From the IMG/VR virus record IMGVR_UViG_2778261231_000010: 6,468 nucleotides of DNA; one strand, 5' to 3'. The notes under the pieces are model-generated. The model did not search any database, was not told where the DNA came from, and saw nothing but the letters and a program-made list of their open reading frames with translations. This DNA comes from a virus (taxonomy: Duplodnaviria > Heunggongvirae > Uroviricota > Caudoviricetes). Position numbers and translations under genes: made by a program. The number at the start of each line of letters is the position of its first letter. Position 1 is the first letter of the stretch. Of this stretch, positions 1-3,948 are shown piece after piece.

Positions 1-153
1 TCGGTGGAGCTGCATGACAAAGTCATCGGGCATTATCTGAACATAAAACACTATCAATAAGTTGGAGTCATTACCCATTAATAGTTCATCCCGCTCTTCA
101 AAACTGATGTTATATTTAGCTGAACAAAAATCAGCCACTTTGTTCTTCCTCAT
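1..153 (-). CDS. Hypothetical protein, N-terminal 51 codons only; gene continues beyond the left edge of the window
   Basis: Hand translation of minus strand from ATG at 153-151 gives MRKNKVADFCSAKYNISFEERDELLMGNDSNLLIVFYVQIMPDDFVMQLHR with no stop before position 1. An in-frame TAA lies 5' of the ATG. No convincing Shine-Dalgarno. Not recognised. Confidence 0.35.
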   Translation of the reverse strand, partial: MRKNKVADFCSAKYNISFEERDELLMGNDSNLLIVFYVQIMPDDFVMQLHR

Positions 154-202
154 CGTCTTTTATTTCGTGGTATGAGTAATTGCAGTAGTTAAAGAAAATT
201 TC

Positions 203-313
203 TTATGCTCCGTCATGAATTTCCTCAGGTGTTGCGTCATCGTCCACTTCGAATACATCCTCAAAATCTCCACCAGCTATTCCCGTTTCAATAATAATTT
301 TGAACTTTCGCAT
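203..313 (-). CDS. Small acidic hypothetical protein (36 aa)
   Basis: Minus-strand ATG 313-311 to TAA 205-203 encodes MRKFKIIIETGIAGGDFEDVFEVDDDATPEEIHDGA. Below the ORF-track length cut-off; only a weak SD-like GGCGG upstream. Could be a chance ORF. Confidence 0.25.
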   Translation of the reverse strand: MRKFKIIIETGIAGGDFEDVFEVDDDATPEEIHDGA

Positions 314-447
314 TTCACTACCGCCCTTTCGGGCGGCCTCCTGATGTTCTGAGGGTGCAGAAATCCATCCGGTTAAGGATTAAATTTTATTTACAGAACT
401 GAATTTAATTATTCAGATATACGTATCTGTAGCCTTACGAATCTACT

Positions 448-497
448 CACTGGATGCCTCTTTCATAAAAATAATCCAGTGGGTTTTATCGTTTTTT
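448..497 (+). terminator. Candidate weak rho-independent terminator, plus-strand orientation
   Basis: 8-bp inverted repeat cactggat (448-455) / atccagtg (474-481) with an 18-nt loop, followed by T-rich ggttttatcgtttttt (482-497). Large loop and modest GC make it weak. No plus-strand gene is identified upstream. Confidence 0.25.
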
Positions 498-575
498 CCC
501 TGTTCGTTGACAGATAACAGGTTTTCTGTCTGTCAGTGCCAGAATCTGGCTTACCGGTATTTGCGTTTCATTCCA

Positions 576-932
576 TTAAAAAATCAGAACGCCGTGCGGC
601 CTCAACACCCGAAAGGCTTCTTTAAATCTCTGTCGCGAATCATCACGCCAGGCATCTTTATTCAGCCGTCCATATTTCTTTCCCATCCAGGCGTTATCAC
701 CAACACTCTCAAGATGCGGAGGGTCTAATACAACCATCGAAAAAGATGCGTCTGCAAATGATAATGCACGAAAATCTGCGATAATGTCAGGGCTGATAAT
801 CAAGCGTCTCCCATTGCGTAATGTGTATCCTTCTTTTCTGATATCGCTGAATATCGCCCGTTCGTCAGACTTATCGAACCAGAACATGCGGCTGCCACAG
901 CACATATCAAGAATGGTTGCCGGTGCACTCAC
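576..932 (-). CDS. SAM-dependent amino-methyltransferase-like protein (118 aa), apparently C-terminally truncated; possible pseudogene or minimal domain
   Basis: ORF-track protein has a motif I-like ILDMCCGSR near the N-terminus, an acidic residue after a hydrophobic strand (RRLIISPDI) and a motif IV-like VVLDPPHL ([D/N/S]PP[Y/F/W/H] class), then ends at HGVLIF. Starts with GTG at 932-930, overlapping the upstream stop (GTGA). 118 aa is shorter than a complete Rossmann methyltransferase fold. Confidence 0.55.
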   Translation of the reverse strand: MSAPATILDMCCGSRMFWFDKSDERAIFSDIRKEGYTLRNGRRLIISPDIIADFRALSFADASFSMVVLDPPHLESVGDNAWMGKKYGRLNKDAWRDDSRQRFKEAFRVLRPHGVLIF

Positions 933-1225
933 TGCGCCACGTCCTGAAAATTACCCTGATAGAAAGCCAGTATGCGCTGCATAACTTCGCTCTTCCGGCA
1001 CTCGCGACAGATTATGTTTAGGCGACTGTCGTAGCGACGTATTTCTCCGTCAGGTGATGACCAGATAAGGTCCGGATCAACCACAGCAGGTTTCTTCACC
1101 TTTGCCCTCGAGAGTTTTTTGCGGGCGTTTTGCCAGTCCTTACGCGCCTGTTCAGAGGGGAATAACCCGTAGCCGGAGTTGTATACATCGCCACTGGCTA
1201 CCAGCTCTCTGGCAAGAACGCTCAT
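929..1225 (-). CDS. Hypothetical prophage early protein (98 aa)
   Basis: Minus-strand ORF with GGAGG (revcomp of cctcc 1233-1237) 8 nt upstream of ATG 1225-1223. Its start overlaps the stop of the upstream ORF by 1 nt (TGATG). Not recognised. Confidence 0.6.
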   Translation of the reverse strand: MSVLARELVASGDVYNSGYGLFPSEQARKDWQNARKKLSRAKVKKPAVVDPDLIWSSPDGEIRRYDSRLNIICRECRKSEVMQRILAFYQGNFQDVAQ

Positions 1226-1509
1226 CAGATAGCCTCCATAATCGCAGGCACTAGCGCCGTGAACTTTTCACGCTTATCCCTGGTGTCGATAGCCTTCCAG
1301 CGTTCGAATATCTTCACTCGATTAACACCAAGCGCTCGCTGATCAACCGCGCCACCTTCATCTGTGACACGCTGAACATCGATGTTCGGGCGCTCTTTCA
1401 AAGCCCAGAATGCTTCAGTGATTAATATCGTCGCCTGCTCCTGTGTCATTCCTGGTCGACATATCCAGGCATCCAGAGCCTCACGAGCCTGTTCAGGAGT
1501 GATTTTCAT
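1225..1509 (-). CDS. Hypothetical prophage protein (94 aa) immediately downstream of dicC; positional equivalent of Qin ydfX
   Basis: Minus-strand ORF whose start overlaps the dicC 3' end by 17 nt. Position matches ydfX in K-12 Qin; sequence identity is not confirmed from memory, so no symbol is assigned. Confidence 0.6.
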   Translation of the reverse strand: MKITPEQAREALDAWICRPGMTQEQATILITEAFWALKERPNIDVQRVTDEGGAVDQRALGVNRVKIFERWKAIDTRDKREKFTALVPAIMEAI

Positions 1510-1720
1510 TGTTCAACCGCCCCGCCCGCTTCGTCTTACGATATTCATCATAAACTTTGGGATCATACTGAAGCTCCCCGCCAGATGCCTCCTGTAGACG
1601 CATCGCGCGACCTTCAGGAACCAGTATCCCCCAAGCAGCAACACTTGCCAGCCTCACTCCTGCGGCATTGGCAAGCTTTGTTTTGCTGCCAAAAAAAGTA
1701 ATTGCGTCAACTTTAAGCAT
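1493..1720 (-). CDS. dicC: DicC, Cro-like repressor of the Qin-type immunity region (75 aa from ATG at 1720)
   Basis: Protein MLKVDAITFFGSKTKLANAAGVRLASVAAWGILVPEGRAMRLQEASGGELQYDPKVYDEYRKTKRAGRLNNENHS closely matches my recollection of K-12 DicC. Divergent from dicA. SD AGGGGG (revcomp of 1726-1731) precedes ATG 1720-1718. The track start at 1723 is a TTG too close to the SD. Confidence 0.9.
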   Translation of the reverse strand: MLKVDAITFFGSKTKLANAAGVRLASVAAWGILVPEGRAMRLQEASGGELQYDPKVYDEYRKTKRAGRLNNENHS

Positions 1721-1733
1721 CAAATCCCCCTCT

Positions 1734-1751
1734 TGTTAGACTTTACTAACA
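1734..1751. promoter_or_regulatory. Operator-like palindrome TGTTAG-N6-CTAACA in the dicC/dicA divergent control region
   Basis: tgttag (1734-1739), acttta, ctaaca (1746-1751): perfect 6-bp inverted arms. Lies in the 80-bp gap between divergent repressor genes. Same half-sites recur at 2245-2262 and 2281-2298. Confidence 0.55.
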
Positions 1752-1800
1752 TTATTGTGCGCGGGATACCTAAGTCAAGAAAAATTAGAATTACCTAACT

Positions 1801-2208
1801 ATGGATACAAGAACCCTGGGCCAGCGAGTTCTGGCGCGACGAAAAGAATTACGCTTAACACAACGAGAAGCCGCGCGCCTCGCTGGAGTTGCTCACGTCA
1901 CAATTTCACAATGGGAAAGAGACGAAACCCAGCCAGTCGGAAAACGATTGTTTGCTTTAGCGGATGCTCTGAAGTGCTCACCTACATGGCTAATGTTTGG
2001 TGACGAAGACAAGGCACCAGTGCCTGCACAAGAACTTCATGTGGAAACAGAGCTAACTCCCAACCACAAAGAATTGATCGAATTATTCGATGCTCTTCCA
2101 TCTTCCGAGCAGGAAGCCTTGCTGTCTGAAATGCGCGCAAGAGTAGAAAACTTCAACAAACTCTTCGAAGAAATGCTTAAAGCGCGTAAAAATAAATCAA
2201 TAAAATAA
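1801..2208 (+). CDS. dicA: DicA, XRE-family HTH repressor (135 aa)
   Basis: HTH segment LRLTQREAARLAGVAHVTISQWERDETQP and C-terminus EMRARVENFNKLFEEMLKARKNK closely match my recollection of K-12 DicA (135 aa). Divergent dicC and downstream ydfABC-dicF-dicB synteny agree. Confidence 0.92.
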   Translation: MDTRTLGQRVLARRKELRLTQREAARLAGVAHVTISQWERDETQPVGKRLFALADALKCSPTWLMFGDEDKAPVPAQELHVETELTPNHKELIELFDALPSSEQEALLSEMRARVENFNKLFEEMLKARKNKSIK

Positions 2209-2244
2209 CATTCTTTTCAAGTGATTAGTTGCGCCCACCCTTTT

Positions 2245-2262
2245 TGTTAGATCAATCTAACA
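2245..2262. promoter_or_regulatory. Operator-like palindrome TGTTAG-N6-CTAACA upstream of the ydfA-dicB operon promoter
   Basis: tgttag (2245-2250), atcaat, ctaaca (2257-2262). With flanks this is a 20-bp palindrome, ttgttagat-ca-atctaacaa (2244-2263), directly upstream of a -35-like TTGCCT. Confidence 0.55.
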
Positions 2263-2270
2263 AAAAACAC

Positions 2271-2299
2271 TTGCCTCTCATGTTAGGTTATTCTAAATT
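2271..2299 (+). promoter_or_regulatory. Candidate sigma70 promoter of the ydfABC-dicF-dicB operon with an embedded third operator
   Basis: -35 TTGCCT (2271-2276), 17-nt spacer, -10 TAAATT (2294-2299). Spacer and -10 overlap the imperfect operator tgttag-gttatt-ctaaat (2281-2298). Lies about 80 nt upstream of ydfA. Confidence 0.45.
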
Positions 2300-2376
2300 A
2301 TTTTCCATCAAGACACCGCACGGTGTTCTCAGCAAACAGTTCCGCTACCCCGGCGTTAAGGGGAAATGAGGTCAGC

Positions 2377-2532
2377 ATGGATACTATCGATCTTGGCAAC
2401 AACGAATCTCTGGTGTACGGCGTGTTTCCAAACCAGGACGGCACGTTCACCGCAATGACGTATACCAAAAGCAAAACGTTTAAAACCGAATCTGGAGCGC
2501 GTCGCTGGCTGGAAAGAAATTCAGGTGGGTGA
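2377..2532 (+). CDS. ydfA: YdfA-like small protein (51 aa), first gene of the dicB operon
   Basis: From the internal ATG at 2377, preceded by GAGGT: MDTIDLGNNESLVYGVFPNQDGTFTAMTYTKSKTFKTESGARRWLERNSGG, matching recalled K-12 YdfA in length and sequence. The track ORF from 2323 is an N-terminal over-extension. Confidence 0.85.
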   Translation: MDTIDLGNNESLVYGVFPNQDGTFTAMTYTKSKTFKTESGARRWLERNSGG

Positions 2533-2533
2533 T

Positions 2534-2662
2534 ATGGATTTCGACACAATCATGGAAAAGGCTTACGAAGAATACTTCGAAGGCCTTGCCGAAGGCGAAG
2601 AAGCTCTCAGCTTCAGCGAATTTAAACAGGCGCTTTCCAGTTCGGCAAAATCTAACGGCTGA
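2534..2662 (+). CDS. ydfB: YdfB-like small protein (42 aa)
   Basis: ATG at 2534, two nt after the ydfA stop, with AGGTGG upstream. Hand translation: MDFDTIMEKAYEEYFEGLAEGEEALSFSEFKQALSSSAKSNG, stop TGA 2660-2662. Length and position match K-12 ydfB. Absent from the ORF track only because of length. Confidence 0.8.
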   Translation: MDFDTIMEKAYEEYFEGLAEGEEALSFSEFKQALSSSAKSNG

Positions 2663-2691
2663 TAAGCGAAACAGCACCGCAAGGAATCAGT

Positions 2692-2910
2692 ATGCAGAAA
2701 CGAGAACCCGTTATCATCGCGCCAGACTATACCGATGATGAACTTTATGAGTGGATGCACCAGAAAATTAATGCAGCGCAGGATCTGAAATGGGCTAATG
2801 AAGCCAGGGCTAAGCAGGCTGAAAATCTGTTCTCTCTGGAGCAGGATATCACCAATCTGGAAAAAGCAGCGGCATTAAGCATTGCCAGAATGATTACATA
2901 CCCGCGTTAA
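2692..2910 (+). CDS. ydfC: YdfC-like protein (72 aa)
   Basis: ORF-track protein MQKREPVIIAPDYTDDELYEWMHQKINAAQDLKW... with AAGGA SD upstream. Size and position match K-12 ydfC between ydfB and dicF. Confidence 0.85.
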   Translation: MQKREPVIIAPDYTDDELYEWMHQKINAAQDLKWANEARAKQAENLFSLEQDITNLEKAAALSIARMITYPR

Positions 2911-3251
2911 TAGCTAACCAACGAAGCTAAGGTTGGTAATTAAGGAGTTCTCCACGGGTGAGGTGGAGTGCGTGCGCCGGACACGGGTGAGCATCCGGCA
3001 CTGACAGTTTACTGAAAGGATATTTCCCTGAAAAGTCAGACCATAACGCGAAAGCGCACGGCGAGGTAGCTGGTTCATAGATAGCCTGTCGTTAAATTTT
3101 CGTCGACCGTGCGCTTCCGGTTGTGGCAATCCGCGAAATGGCGCGGCGGTAAGTATGGCGGGGTTATTCCTTCCCCCGTTGAGGACACCGGGTTGTCAGG
3201 TTGACCATACGCTTAAGTGACAACCCCGCTGCAACGCCCTCTGTTATCAAT

Positions 3252-3309
3252 TTTCTGGTGACGTTTGGCGGTATCAGTTTTACTCCGTGACTGCTCTGCC
3301 GCCCTTTTT
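3252..3309 (+). ncRNA. dicF: DicF small regulatory RNA (about 53 nt plus U-tail) with intrinsic terminator
   Basis: tttctggtgacgtttggcggtatcagttttactccgtgactgctctgccgccc (3252-3304) then TTTTT (3305-3309) matches the E. coli DicF sequence as I recall it. Terminal GC-rich pairing (ggcgg 3266-3270 with ccgcc 3299-3303) plus U-run. Confidence 0.88.
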
Positions 3310-3478
3310 AAAGTGAATTTTGTGATGCGGTGAATGCGGCTAAGCGCACGCGGAACAGTTAAAACCAAAAACAGTGTTATGGGTGGATTCTCTGTATCCG
3401 ACGTTAATTGTTAACTGGTTAACGTCACCTGGAGGCACCAGGCACCGCATCACAAAACTCATTGTTGAGGGCGCGATA

Positions 3479-3667
3479 ATGAAAATGTTATTACCAAACG
3501 TTAATACGTCTGAAGGTTGTTTTGAAATTGGTGTCACTATCAGTAATCCTGTATTTACTGAAGAGGCCATTAACAAAAGAAAACACGAACGGGAGTTATT
3601 AAATAAAGTATGCATTGTTTCAATGCTGGCCCGTTTACGTCTGATGCCAAAAGGATGTGCACAATGA
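3479..3667 (+). CDS. dicB: DicB, cell-division inhibitor (62 aa)
   Basis: From ATG 3479 (GAGG 8 nt upstream): MKMLLPNVNTSEGCFEIGVTISNPVFTEEAINKRKHERELLNKVCIVSMLARLRLMPKGCAQ, nearly identical to recalled K-12 DicB. The track ORF from 3374 is an over-extended GTG start. Confidence 0.9.
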   Translation: MKMLLPNVNTSEGCFEIGVTISNPVFTEEAINKRKHERELLNKVCIVSMLARLRLMPKGCAQ

Positions 3668-3855
3668 ATCCAGTATTTGCACTTATTCTGACGGTTTTTC
3701 TTGTTTCCGGAGAGCCAGTTGATATTGCAGTCAGTGTTCACAGAACAATGCAGGAATGTATGGCAGCAGCAACCGAACAGAAAATTCCCGGTAACTGTTA
3801 CCCGGTCGATAAAGTTATTCACCCGGATAATATCGAAATCCCGGCAGGTCTTTAA
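3664..3855 (+). CDS. ydfD: YdfD-like small membrane protein (63 aa); lysis-associated in E. coli
   Basis: ATG 3664-3666 overlaps the dicB stop (ATGA). MNPVFALILTVFLVSGEPVDIAVSVHRTMQECMAAATEQKIPGNCYPVDKVIHPDNIEIPAGL has a hydrophobic N-terminal segment and matches recalled K-12 YdfD. Confidence 0.88.
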   Translation: MNPVFALILTVFLVSGEPVDIAVSVHRTMQECMAAATEQKIPGNCYPVDKVIHPDNIEIPAGL

Positions 3856-3948
3856 AACAGTTCCGTAATAAATATCCGGTTTCATTCTTATATGCCAGCA
3901 ATGGCAGGGATTTGTTCATCCTTAAATCTGTCATGAGGTTAAAACAAA

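Noticed and set aside
507-728. 73-aa plus-strand ORF
   Set aside because: Starts in the AT-rich island and runs antisense through the 3' end of the methyltransferase-like gene. No SD and an implausible composition.
576-932. C5-cytosine methyltransferase assignment for the methyltransferase-like ORF
   Set aside because: No FxGxGG motif I, no PCQ catalytic cysteine motif and no ENV motif. The DPPH element points to an amino-methyltransferase instead.
2323-2532. Longer N-terminal extensions offered by the ORF track for ydfA (from 2323), dicB (from 3374) and ydfD (from 3610)
   Set aside because: Internal ATGs at 2377, 3479 and 3664 have proper Shine-Dalgarno spacing and give the lengths recalled for YdfA, DicB and YdfD (51, 62 and 63 aa). 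The extensions include GTG starts without an SD and read through regulatory RNA structure.
2529-2738. 69-aa GTG-initiated ORF overlapping ydfB in another frame
   Set aside because: The ydfB frame (ATG 2534) has an SD and gives the expected 42-aa acidic peptide. The alternative frame is Arg/Lys-rich and bridges the ydfB-ydfC gap.
2914-3129. 71-aa minus-strand ORF between ydfC and dicF
   Set aside because: Lies in the structured DicF precursor region, antisense to the operon transcript. Arg-rich low-complexity translation and no SD.
3340-3885. 181-aa minus-strand ORF spanning the dicB/ydfD region
   Set aside because: Entirely antisense to two well-supported genes and to the dicB leader. Cys/Asn/Phe-rich composition typical of a non-coding frame. 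No SD. Treated as a chance ORF.
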